From: Oscillospiraceae bacterium | GTDB lineage: Bacteria; Bacillota; Clostridia; Oscillospirales; SIG627 | DNA length: 64,000 nt | Assembly (NCBI GenBank): GCA_015063985.1 | Contig: SVTC01000007.1 | Coordinates: 35,477-99,476, forward strand | Direction: 5' to 3' | In this document: one piece after another, positions 28,915-37,085 of the stretch | Layout of the letters: each line of letters starts with the position of its first letter | Position numbering within the stretch: position 1 is the stretch's first letter | Position numbers and translations under genes: made by a program | The notes under the pieces: generated by a model | Databases searched by the model: none | What the model was told of the DNA's origin: nothing | The model's input: only the letters and a program-made list of their open reading frames with translations

Positions 28915-29859
28915 TTATATCTCGGCAACTGCCTTAAAAGCTCCAACGTCGGCATCGCCGTAAAGCTCTGTGTAATCCTCTCCCAAAAAGCAGGCAAAGG
29001 TCGCCGCTTTAAAAAATCCCAGCCTTTTATATTCCGCCGCCTCAAAAAGCATAGCCGCTTCATCAAGAGCAAAGCGCTTTGGAGGCTTTTTCCAACCCGA
29101 ATAAAGAGAATTATCATACCAATACTCCAAAACCTCGGCACTTTCTCGAGGAAAACAAGCCATCAGCGGCAAAAGCATTTTTCTTTCGTTTTCAACTCTC
29201 TCGCATCTGTCATCGCCCTTAGCGGTATACTTTTCCATGGGAGCATATTGGAGAAAAACGCCGTCAGCGGGCTTTATAGCTGCGGGAGGCACAAGACTGT
29301 CATAATAAGCAAGATAAGCCGCCTTGCCATCGGGAAAGACCGACCTTATGCCCTCTGTGATCGCATTGATCGCCATCATTTGCTGATCGGAAAAGGAAAG
29401 CGAGGCGCAGCTCGGGCAATGACAGCCCAGATCCTTGCCGTCATCCATCCAAAAATAAAATCTGTGACTGCTTTTGTAAAGCCTCGAGGCAAGCTCCGCG
29501 GCTCTTTTTGAGAAGAGCGTCAGGGCGTTTTTGTCGGATACGCAAAAATTCCAATCCCCGTTCCTTTTCCCCTCGTTATCAACTCTGAAATACTCCGGAT
29601 GCTCGCCGAAAAGCTCCCTTGGCATAAGATATCCCGCGGCGTGGAGATGGTATTCTATCTCCAGCCCCTTACGGCAGGCATAATCTATAAGCTCCTTGTA
29701 TTCGTCTCTTTCAAGCAAGCTCAAAAGCTCCTTTAAGGCATCCGTGGCGTGTCTTCCGCCCTTGGGATGTAAGCCCAATACTCCAACCTTGGCTTCAAAG
29801 AGCTTATCTATCCATCTTTTGGAAAGTTCCTCGGGGTGTATCAGCATTGCGGTTTTCAT
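28915..29859 (-). CDS. hypothetical protein, possibly a DUF4838-like carbohydrate-active enzyme
   Basis: The start at 29859 has GGAGG 7 nt upstream. It contains HCPSC and the WMDDG motif. The family assignment comes from memory of the pattern only. Confidence 0.5.
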   Translation of the reverse strand: MKTAMLIHPEELSKRWIDKLFEAKVGVLGLHPKGGRHATDALKELLSLLERDEYKELIDYACRKGLEIEYHLHAAGYLMPRELFGEHPEYFRVDNEGKRNGDWNFCVSDKNALTLFSKRAAELASRLYKSSHRFYFWMDDGKDLGCHCPSCASLSFSDQQMMAINAITEGIRSVFPDGKAAYLAYYDSLVPPAAIKPADGVFLQYAPMEKYTAKGDDRCERVENERKMLLPLMACFPRESAEVLEYWYDNSLYSGWKKPPKRFALDEAAMLFEAAEYKRLGFFKAATFACFLGEDYTELYGDADVGAFKAVAEI

Positions 29860-29928
29860 TATTAACCTCCATAGCTCGGGATCGTAAAATAATGATACCC
29901 CCAAATAGGTTTTATTGCAAGAGCTTTT

Positions 29929-30993
29929 TCAATTTTTATATTTTTTTATACTGCAAATCCCGCTTGAAAGGATCAGCCTTCTCAGAAAGGGAGAAAACAA
30001 AACGTGCATCTTCAATATCTTTAAGCCAAGCTTTAATCTTAGCTTCATTGTCTTTTTTCTGTAGCTTTTCAGTATTTTATCAGCCCCGTCCTCGCAAAAG
30101 GAATCGGCAAGCTGCTTTGCGCTCAGAAAGGCACTGCTTATACCCTCAAAGGAGCTGGAGCTGATCAAGCCCGCCGCTTCTCCGATAAGAAACACTCCGT
30201 CCCTTCCCAAAACAAAATCACCGAGGCTCAAGGGAGCGGTCACAAGGCAAGCCTCCCTGAAAAGAGGCTCTCCGAGACTCTTTTTCATATGGTCCTCCAA
30301 GCGGCTCCTTTGCCTTTGGAAGGCCTCCTTGCAGCCCTTTGGCTCAAAGGCGCCGCCGAATATCATCCTGCCGTTTTTTCTTATAATCCACGAGCAGGCC
30401 TTGGAGGTAACGGGATCGAAAACGCAGGAGTAATTTGCCATATCTTCTCCCTTGTCGGGATAATGCTCCTGAATAGCAAGGTACTGCCTCTTTGGCATTT
30501 TGAAAAAGCTTCTCCTGACGACAGATGCAGCGCCGTCCGCTCCCACAAGGTAACGGCAGGAAAGCTCCGATTCTCCCTCCGCTCCCTTCAGCCGAGCCCA
30601 ATAAGTGCCCTCCGAGGCACCTACGGCAACACAGATCCCGCGGATGATATCAACACCCTCGGGTATAAGGCTCAACAGCCAACGGTCAAAATCACCCCTT
30701 GTCATATTCAGATAGTGTCGCTGATAATGCCGCTCCTTGCCGAGGGGAATATCTATAGTCTTAACGTCAAATATCTGCAGTCGGGCAAGAAGCTCCTTGG
30801 GAAGAGTCAGGTCAAACTGAGCCATGACCTTTTGTGCATCGGGCGAAAGAAGCCCGCCGCATACCTTGCTTGAGCCTTCCGCCATACCGTCCACAAGAGC
30901 GATACTCTTACTCGGACAAAGCTTTTTAACCTCTCTTGCAAAAGTCGCACCTGCAGGTCCGCCGCCTATTATGACAATATCATAGCTCTTCAT
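29929..30993 (-). CDS. FAD-dependent oxidoreductase (geranylgeranyl-reductase-like family)
   Basis: The dinucleotide-binding motif YDIVIIGGGPAGA follows the start at 30993, which overlaps the end of the upstream XRE gene. Confidence 0.7.
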   Translation of the reverse strand: MKSYDIVIIGGGPAGATFAREVKKLCPSKSIALVDGMAEGSSKVCGGLLSPDAQKVMAQFDLTLPKELLARLQIFDVKTIDIPLGKERHYQRHYLNMTRGDFDRWLLSLIPEGVDIIRGICVAVGASEGTYWARLKGAEGESELSCRYLVGADGAASVVRRSFFKMPKRQYLAIQEHYPDKGEDMANYSCVFDPVTSKACSWIIRKNGRMIFGGAFEPKGCKEAFQRQRSRLEDHMKKSLGEPLFREACLVTAPLSLGDFVLGRDGVFLIGEAAGLISSSSFEGISSAFLSAKQLADSFCEDGADKILKSYRKKTMKLRLKLGLKILKMHVLFSPFLRRLILSSGICSIKKYKN

Positions 30994-31201
30994 CTTCGGC
31001 TCCCTCAACGTATTCAAGCAGATCCGCGGGCTGACATTCCAGCACACGGCAAAGCTTATCCAGTGTGGATATTTTAAAAGCCTTTATTTTTCCGTTTTTC
31101 AAAAGTGAAATGTTTGCCATAGTAAAGCCCACCCTTTCGGCAAGCTCGGTAACGCTCATCTTTCTTTTGGCGAGCATAACGTCGATGTTTATTCTTATCA
31201 T
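30980..31201 (-). CDS. XRE/Cro-family helix-turn-helix transcriptional regulator (YozG-like)
   Basis: 73 aa; MSVTELAERVGFTMANISLLKNGK is a classic HTH. Confidence 0.8.
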   Translation of the reverse strand: MIRINIDVMLAKRKMSVTELAERVGFTMANISLLKNGKIKAFKISTLDKLCRVLECQPADLLEYVEGAEDEEL

Positions 31202-31659
31202 AAGGTAGCCTCCGATTCCTCTTTAAGGATCGCCGCTCTTTTTATATAGTCCGAAAGAATGAAAAGAGCGCAGTCCACCAAAAATCCCATAAGTCCGATA
31301 AATCCCAAGGCGGGCGCGAGAATATACTCCCCGAGGGCAATAAGCACCGCCGCTGCCATAAATACCACAAGACAGTCGCAGAACAAAAGCACAGATACAA
31401 GCCTTACCCTCCGCGATACCTCAATGCTGAATACCGTATCCTTTTCTATATCCTTAACAAAGGAAAAGCCTATAGCGAGAATAACAAATATCGGTAACGC
31501 CGCAATAACAAACAGGGTGTATATCACCGCCTCGGGCACAAAAAGACATTCCGTAAGATAGGTCGCAGCACGGGGGATCCATAGGATGCACAGCAGTGCG
31601 CAAATAAGTATTACCGCGAGCATTCCCGGCTTTATCAGCTTTATAATATTTCTTTTCAT
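31198..31659 (-). CDS. DUF2975-like membrane protein
   Basis: Four TM helices. It overlaps the XRE gene start by 4 nt, which is the common DUF2975 + small HTH gene pair. Confidence 0.6.
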   Translation of the reverse strand: MKRNIIKLIKPGMLAVILICALLCILWIPRAATYLTECLFVPEAVIYTLFVIAALPIFVILAIGFSFVKDIEKDTVFSIEVSRRVRLVSVLLFCDCLVVFMAAAVLIALGEYILAPALGFIGLMGFLVDCALFILSDYIKRAAILKEESEATL

Positions 31660-31679
31660 AAAAATCACCTCTTTTCTTC

Positions 31680-31721
31680 ATTATACTCGAATATTTCGCA
31701 TTTGTCAATAAATATTTATTG
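31680..31721 (-). promoter_or_regulatory. consensus sigma-A promoter overlapped by a 16-bp perfect palindrome (candidate XRE operator)
   Basis: Minus strand reads TTGACA (31708-31703), a 17-nt spacer, then TATAAT (31685-31680). The palindrome CAATAAATATTTATTG (31706-31721) overlaps the -35 box. Confidence 0.65.
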
Positions 31722-31748
31722 CAACACGATAATTTTTTACCGTAAAAA

Positions 31749-31770
31749 GCGCTTGTCAATTGACAAGCGC
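31749..31770 (-). terminator. intrinsic terminator of the MFS gene
   Basis: GCGCTTGTCAATTGACAAGCGC is a perfect palindrome. The minus strand is followed by TTTTTA. Confidence 0.65.
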
Positions 31771-31777
31771 CTGAATT

Positions 31778-33013
31778 TTATTGATCGGTCACTTTATTTT
31801 TTTCAATGATGCGGATTATCCTCAAAAGAGCGATCAACGCAACAAGCATAAGAGCGCAGAACACGAAGAGAATAATATCGTAGCTTCCCAGAATATCAAA
31901 GCAGGCGTTGGCAATGGGACCGCCAACTGCATATCCCGCGGTATTTACAGAGGCAATGATACCCAAGGCGGTGTTAAAATACTTCTCTCCGAAAAGCTCA
32001 CGGGCATAGATCGGAAGCATAACCGTTTCAAGGGGCAAAGCCAGATCGCGAAAGAGTCCGCATGCCGTGGCGATAATTGCGCTTCCGCTACGGCTGACCC
32101 ATACAAGAAGCAAAAGTGAGATCACTGCGGAAAAATAGCAGATAGAGGAGGTAAACCTTACTCCCCTTTTATCGTATATAAAACCCACCGCAAGCTTTGT
32201 AACGGAGAGAAATACAGAGGTCACGCTTACGATATTTGCTATGGAAAGAGCATCTATTCCCGCATCGGAATAAATCGGCACTGCCACGCCGCTCACTCCC
32301 TGAAGCACTGCACCCGCGATAAAGATACAACCCAGCGCCACGAAAAATTCCGGCTTTGAGAGCAGCTTTTTCAAATCGTCGGGAGAAGCTTTTTTCTTTT
32401 GAGGCGATTGATCGGCAGTCTGCGAATCCTTGTTTTTGAAAAACAAAAGGATCAATACAAATAATACCGCCAGTATAAGGACTGTAAGTCTGTAGGCATC
32501 TCTGAAGCCGCCTGATCCGCCGTTCAGAACGGGAGTCAGAATATGTACCGCAAGGGCTCCGCCTATGCCGTTTGATGCAAGGATCACACCCATGATCGTG
32601 CCCTTATTCTCCTTGCACCAGAGATTGACCACAAAGCCCACCATGGTGGTGGTCGTCCATGCAATACCCAGACCCAAAAATATACTGCTTATATACAAGC
32701 TCGGCGCATTTTGGGCAAGGGAGGCTATCAATGAAGAAAGCATAAGCGAGCCGATTCCCAATAGAATAAGAAGCTTTGCCCCCAAGCGCCGTATCAGCAC
32801 CGAAAAAAACACGTTGATGATCGCCGTGGATACGTATCTGAAGCTGTCGGAAACCGAAAACTCAGTTCTGCTTATATCAAGTCCCTCGCATACGGGCAGG
32901 ATAAAAATACTTTTGCTTGAGCTGCAAAAGCCAAGGCAGGTAAAGGTCATAAGAAAGCACAGTGCAATTATTATCCATTTGTAGTTGATCCTTTTCTTTC
33001 CCGACTCGCTCAT
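31778..33013 (-). CDS. MFS transporter
   Basis: 411 aa, 12 predicted TM helices with a central charged loop. Confidence 0.8.
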   Translation of the reverse strand: MSESGKKRINYKWIIIALCFLMTFTCLGFCSSSKSIFILPVCEGLDISRTEFSVSDSFRYVSTAIINVFFSVLIRRLGAKLLILLGIGSLMLSSLIASLAQNAPSLYISSIFLGLGIAWTTTTMVGFVVNLWCKENKGTIMGVILASNGIGGALAVHILTPVLNGGSGGFRDAYRLTVLILAVLFVLILLFFKNKDSQTADQSPQKKKASPDDLKKLLSKPEFFVALGCIFIAGAVLQGVSGVAVPIYSDAGIDALSIANIVSVTSVFLSVTKLAVGFIYDKRGVRFTSSICYFSAVISLLLLVWVSRSGSAIIATACGLFRDLALPLETVMLPIYARELFGEKYFNTALGIIASVNTAGYAVGGPIANACFDILGSYDIILFVFCALMLVALIALLRIIRIIEKNKVTDQ

Positions 33014-33125
33014 AAGCTCCTCCGTTTATTGACATTACGATTTTAATATTATATAATATTTTTTGCGGAAAATAAAGGAAGAATAAACAAAAAATATCAA
33101 AATCGATCACATTAAGGAGCCTCTT

Positions 33126-33980
33126 ATGTCCGGAAGTGCGCTTTGGGAAACACAATCTATCGACGAAAAGCTTATAAAGGTCGACTATATGAACACCCAC
33201 ATTACCCCCGATAAAACCAACAAGCTCCACTGTCATCCCTTTTTCGAGCTTATCATAATCGATCGCGGGGAGGTAAAATATACTAAAAATAACAGTATGA
33301 CCGAGATAAAAAACAAAGCCGTCGTGTTTAACAGGATATACGATATTCACAACCCCTTCGTCAGCTATTCGCCTTTGTATAAAAGAATAAAGATACAGTT
33401 CTCCCATAAGCTTCTGGAGAAGTATATAAAGCCGTCCGCGGAGTTAGAGCTTGCCCTGGGAGCATCATACATCAAAAGCCTTAACGACGTTGATTTTGAA
33501 AGGATCTTCTCCCTTTCAAAGAGCATTTTTCAACTGTGCGGCAACGGTGAAGAAGAGCTTGAAAAAACGAGAGTCTGCCTTTATCTTGCTACGCTTATCC
33601 TTAATTGCTACGATGCTGCTCCGCTGCCTGCTGACAGCAGGCAAAGCTACGTAAACGGCGTAAGAGAATATATTATCGCCAATCTTTCCCGCCGACTTAC
33701 CATAGAGGACATAGCCGGCACCTTTTTCGTGAGTAAAACAAAGCTGATTTGCGATTTTAAAAGGTATAGCAATCTGAGTGTTTTGCAGTTTATCACCGCC
33801 GAAAGGGTAAAAGCTGCCCAAAGGCTTCTTTTGAAGGGCTATTCCGTTAGCTCCACTGCCGAAAAATGCGGCTTCTCAAGCCCCAGCTATTTTATTAAGG
33901 TATTTTCCCAAACAATGGGAATCACCCCTCTTAAATACACCTCTCTTCGACTCGAAGGCTCCGACACAAACCGCTTCTGA
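33126..33980 (+). CDS. AraC-family transcriptional regulator
   Basis: N-terminal cupin-like domain and a C-terminal double HTH (GFSSPSYFIKVFSQTMGITP). Confidence 0.85.
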   Translation: MSGSALWETQSIDEKLIKVDYMNTHITPDKTNKLHCHPFFELIIIDRGEVKYTKNNSMTEIKNKAVVFNRIYDIHNPFVSYSPLYKRIKIQFSHKLLEKYIKPSAELELALGASYIKSLNDVDFERIFSLSKSIFQLCGNGEEELEKTRVCLYLATLILNCYDAAPLPADSRQSYVNGVREYIIANLSRRLTIEDIAGTFFVSKTKLICDFKRYSNLSVLQFITAERVKAAQRLLLKGYSVSSTAEKCGFSSPSYFIKVFSQTMGITPLKYTSLRLEGSDTNRF

Positions 33981-34029
33981 CTTTTTTCCTTATACTATTA
34001 TTCACTAAAAGCAAACAATCGATAATTTA

Positions 34030-34106
34030 TTTACATAACATTGTTTACATTAGTATTATGTAAATCATTAAATTTACATAAGTTATAATATCTGTATTTA
34101 TGTAAA
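34030..34106. repeat. cluster of TTTACATAA / TTATGTAAA boxes
   Basis: TTTACATAA at 34030-38 and 34073-81, TTTACAT at 34044-50, and TTATGTAAA at 34056-64 and 34098-106. Confidence 0.8.
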
Positions 34107-34120
34107 CAATTTTCAAGAAT

Positions 34121-34506
34121 AAAGGAAGGCTTTTTAGCGTAGTGCCCTTAAGGACACTACGCGTCGATATAGATCCGCTTGCGCGGATCTTCGATATACG
34201 CTGACACGTTCGATATGATGTTTGCTACGCAAACACTCGATATGCTCACCGCGTGAGCGCGGATCTATATCATATCAAGCTTGAGTGTAGCGAAAGCATA
34301 TCGAATTTGCCGCAAGGCAAATATATCGAGCCGAGCGAAGCGACGGCATATCGACAAATAGCATCTGTGGACACAGATGCAGTGCTTGCAAAGAAAAGAG
34401 GACAGAGAGTGTAAAAACATTCTCTGTCCTCTTCCTGTCGGTGGGTGCTATTTCTATTGAATCTAAAACTATCCTTAAGAGTACGTCTCTTTAGAGTCTT
34501 CCTTTT
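34121..34506 (-). repeat. hairpin-ladder element, copy A (TIR-bounded; orientation given relative to copy B)
   Basis: AAAGGAAGGC (34121-30) pairs with GTCTTCCTTT (34496-505). Inside, TCGATAT occurs 4 times and then ATATCGA 3 times, interleaved with perfect hairpins without spare nucleotides. A terminator-like hairpin is at 34398-34431. Confidence 0.85.
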
Positions 34507-34517
34507 TACACCATTAA

Positions 34518-34550
34518 GTTTACATAACACACCAAATTCCAAGTTATGTA
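34518..34550. repeat. TTTACATAA-N16-TTATGTA inverted repeat
   Basis: GTTTACATAA at 34518-27 and TTATGTA at 34544-50. Confidence 0.75.
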
Positions 34551-34562
34551 TTTGTGACCCTA

Positions 34563-34734
34563 AACACCATCGAGCACTGTATTTGCGTGAACTATGTCGT
34601 CATTGAAGGTTTTTTGCCTACTTTTTTTCAAAGCTCACGTCCCTATCAGTACTAATATGACCTTCGAGCACTGTGTTTGTACTGACTTTACCGACATTGA
34701 AAGTTTTTTGCCTACTTTTTTTCAAAAAAGTAGG
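34563..34734 (-). repeat. stop-codon-abutting hairpin plus two tandem units of about 94 bp (locus A)
   Basis: The palindromic hairpin CCTAC T7 C A6 GTAGG (34711-34734) starts at the nucleotide after the TAA of the oxidoreductase gene. The unit core is GCAAAAAAC..TTCAATGTCG..AACACAGTGCTCGA. Confidence 0.85.
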
Positions 34735-35772
34735 TTATGCTTTGGGATATTTGATCTTAACGGGCATACCGGTCTTGGTGGACTCAACGGTAGCGGTGCA
34801 GACAGCCACGGTGCTTGCGCCCTCAAGACTGCTTACGGGGAGGGGAGTGTTGTTAACAAGGGCGTTGACAAAGGCATCGATTTCCGCGGTAATATTGTGG
34901 TTGTTGATCTCGATGGGTATCTCCTTGCCCTTGGTGAAGCTGCTTTTGCCGTTTTCCAGAGGACCGACGTCTTCAAAGAGCGTCATTGTGGGAGAGGTGT
35001 TGTCGCAGATTATGGTACCGTTGGTGCCGTAGAAAACACTTCTCATTGTGTAATCTCTCTTGCATCCGATGGAGGTGAACACCTTACCTGCAACGTTGTT
35101 GGGGAACTTGTAGATGGCAACTGCACAGTCGTCTGTGGGCCAGGTCGTGAGACACTTGTGGTTAGCAATGGCATATACCTCGCCGGGGTTGCCCGCGATC
35201 CATCTGAGAAGATCAACTGCGTGGCATCCGCCGCCGATAAAGCCGTGTCTTTCGGGTGTTACTCTCCAATCGTCCACACCTCTTGCCTTGGCATAGCTGT
35301 GAGCGTATTCGCTTTCAACAAAGAAAAGCTCGCCGATCTTGCCCTCCTCGATGAGCTTCTTTGCCTGCAAAAAGGCGGGGGTGCAACGGCATACCTGACC
35401 GATCATAAGTCTTCTGCCGGACTCCTTTTCGGCATCGATCATTCTCTGACACTGCTCCATATCAAGAGCCATAGGCTTTTCGCAAAGAACGTCCTTGCCG
35501 GCTCTGAGGAATGCTTCGGTCATTTCCAGATGGTACTGGTCGGGTGTAACGATAACCGCCGCATCAACCTTGGGATCGTTTACAAATTCTCTGTAATCGG
35601 TCACCGCCTTTTCAACGTCAGGGAAGCCCTCAAGCCTCTTTTTGAGAATGTCCTCGTGCTTGTCGCATATTCCGTAAAGCTTTGCGCCTTCCTTTGCAAC
35701 AACTCCGTCCATGTGACGTCTTGCCATATCACTGCATCCGATAACTACAATGTTTAAAACTTTATTTTCCAT
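34735..35772 (-). CDS. Gfo/Idh/MocA-family NAD(P)-dependent oxidoreductase
   Basis: N-terminal Rossmann motif (NIVVIGCSDMARRH) and the EKPM motif (CEKPMAL). 345 aa. Confidence 0.85.
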   Translation of the reverse strand: MENKVLNIVVIGCSDMARRHMDGVVAKEGAKLYGICDKHEDILKKRLEGFPDVEKAVTDYREFVNDPKVDAAVIVTPDQYHLEMTEAFLRAGKDVLCEKPMALDMEQCQRMIDAEKESGRRLMIGQVCRCTPAFLQAKKLIEEGKIGELFFVESEYAHSYAKARGVDDWRVTPERHGFIGGGCHAVDLLRWIAGNPGEVYAIANHKCLTTWPTDDCAVAIYKFPNNVAGKVFTSIGCKRDYTMRSVFYGTNGTIICDNTSPTMTLFEDVGPLENGKSSFTKGKEIPIEINNHNITAEIDAFVNALVNNTPLPVSSLEGASTVAVCTATVESTKTGMPVKIKYPKA

Positions 35773-35875
35773 TTCTATTGACCTTCCTTTCTGTTTGTGA
35801 TACTATTATATCAAGCTAATTGTTGGAATACAAGAATATTTTGTTGGTTTTTATCCTCATTTTGTTGGAGGTTTT

Positions 35876-36712
35876 ATGAATATCAAAAAAACTGATAACG
35901 TAAAAATAGAAAAGCTGAAAAACCGCGACCTATTTTCTCCCGATGACGTTACCTTATATTACTGCGGAATAGATAAAGATCTCAGCCCGGGAGCACGTTA
36001 CGGCCCGGTTATAAGAGAATGCTATATTCTGGAGGTATGCACCGGAGGGAGGGGCTCGGTTATTATAAACGGAACGGAATTCGAGGTAAAGGCAGGGGAC
36101 GTATATTTGCTTTTTCCCGGAGATACCGTGGTGCATACTGCAGATACCGTCTGCCCCCGAGAGGGATATTTTTGCGGTTTTTGGGGAATGCACGTTGCCC
36201 ATTGGCTGTCTCCGTCTCCTATCAGCTCCCGCCGCCCCTTTGCTGAGGCGAAGGCATTTGAGCCGATTTTAAAGCTTATTAAGGAGCTTTACCGATGCGG
36301 GCAGGATAAGAGCGCGGGGGTAAATCTGAAGATCAAGGGCTTGATATGCCTGATGCTTTCTCAGCTTATCGGCGATATTCCCCCTCAGCAGGAGGTTTCG
36401 GATCCGATAAACAACGCGCTGAAGCTTATGGAGCAAAGATACCACGATCCTTTGACGGTTTCTCAGATAGCCGCCGCATCGGGCTTGGAAAGAAGCTATT
36501 TTTCCACTCTTTTTAAGGAGCGAACAAAGCTCAGCCCCTACGATCATCTCTGCCGACTGAGGATAAATAAGGCTTGCGCTCTTTTGAAGGACCGCCGTTG
36601 CTCGGTGAACGTTGCCGCAACGAGCTGCGGGATAGAGCCTCATAATTTCGCCCGCCTTTTTAAAAAGTATCTGGGCACTACCCCCGCAAAATGGCTGGAG
36701 TCAATTAAATAA
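35876..36712 (+). CDS. AraC-family transcriptional regulator
   Basis: Cupin-like N-terminal domain and a C-terminal double HTH. Confidence 0.85.
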   Translation: MNIKKTDNVKIEKLKNRDLFSPDDVTLYYCGIDKDLSPGARYGPVIRECYILEVCTGGRGSVIINGTEFEVKAGDVYLLFPGDTVVHTADTVCPREGYFCGFWGMHVAHWLSPSPISSRRPFAEAKAFEPILKLIKELYRCGQDKSAGVNLKIKGLICLMLSQLIGDIPPQQEVSDPINNALKLMEQRYHDPLTVSQIAAASGLERSYFSTLFKERTKLSPYDHLCRLRINKACALLKDRRCSVNVAATSCGIEPHNFARLFKKYLGTTPAKWLESIK

Positions 36713-36726
36713 ACCAATATAAAAAT

Positions 36727-36772
36727 ACATCCACCGCTATGACATAAATAATCATTGCGATGGATGTTTTTG
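36727..36772. terminator. terminator-like hairpin after the AraC gene
   Basis: ACATCCA ... TGGATGT stem flanked by AAAAAT and TTTTTG. Confidence 0.45.
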
Positions 36773-36810
36773 CTTTATGAATATTTAAAACCTTCAAAAA
36801 ACACCGGGAT

Positions 36811-37085
36811 TATGTAAACCAAAAGCTTTCGAGCACTGTGTTTGCATTGATGTGATCGACATTGAAAGTTTTTGCCTGCTTTTTTTCAAAACTCACGTCC
36901 CTATCAGCGCTAATATGACCTTCAAGCACTGTGTTTGCACTGACTTTACCGACGTTGAAGGTTTTTTGCCTGCTTTTTTCAAAACTTCCATTAAAGTTGG
37001 CACTGATATCGCCATCGAGCACTGTGTTTGTGCTGACTCTGTCGACATTGAAAGTTTTTTGCCTACTTTTTTTCAAAAAAGTAGG
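36811..37085 (-). repeat. stop-codon-abutting hairpin plus three 93-bp tandem units ending in GGTTTACATAA (locus C); open in frame with the upstream gene
   Basis: The hairpin at 37062-37085 starts right after TGA (37086-88). GCACTGTG recurs at 36833, 36926 and 37019, giving a 93-nt period. The minus-strand frame is open for 91 codons up to the TAA inside the TTTACATAA box. Confidence 0.85.

Noticed and set aside
34164-34354. A possible CRISPR array at this position and at 60691-60862, based on short repeats separated by unique segments.
   Set aside because: The repeated unit is only 7 nt. The intervening segments are 9-20 nt and are themselves palindromic hairpins. The second half uses the reverse complement of the repeat. 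There are no cas genes or leader in the window. This is not CRISPR architecture.
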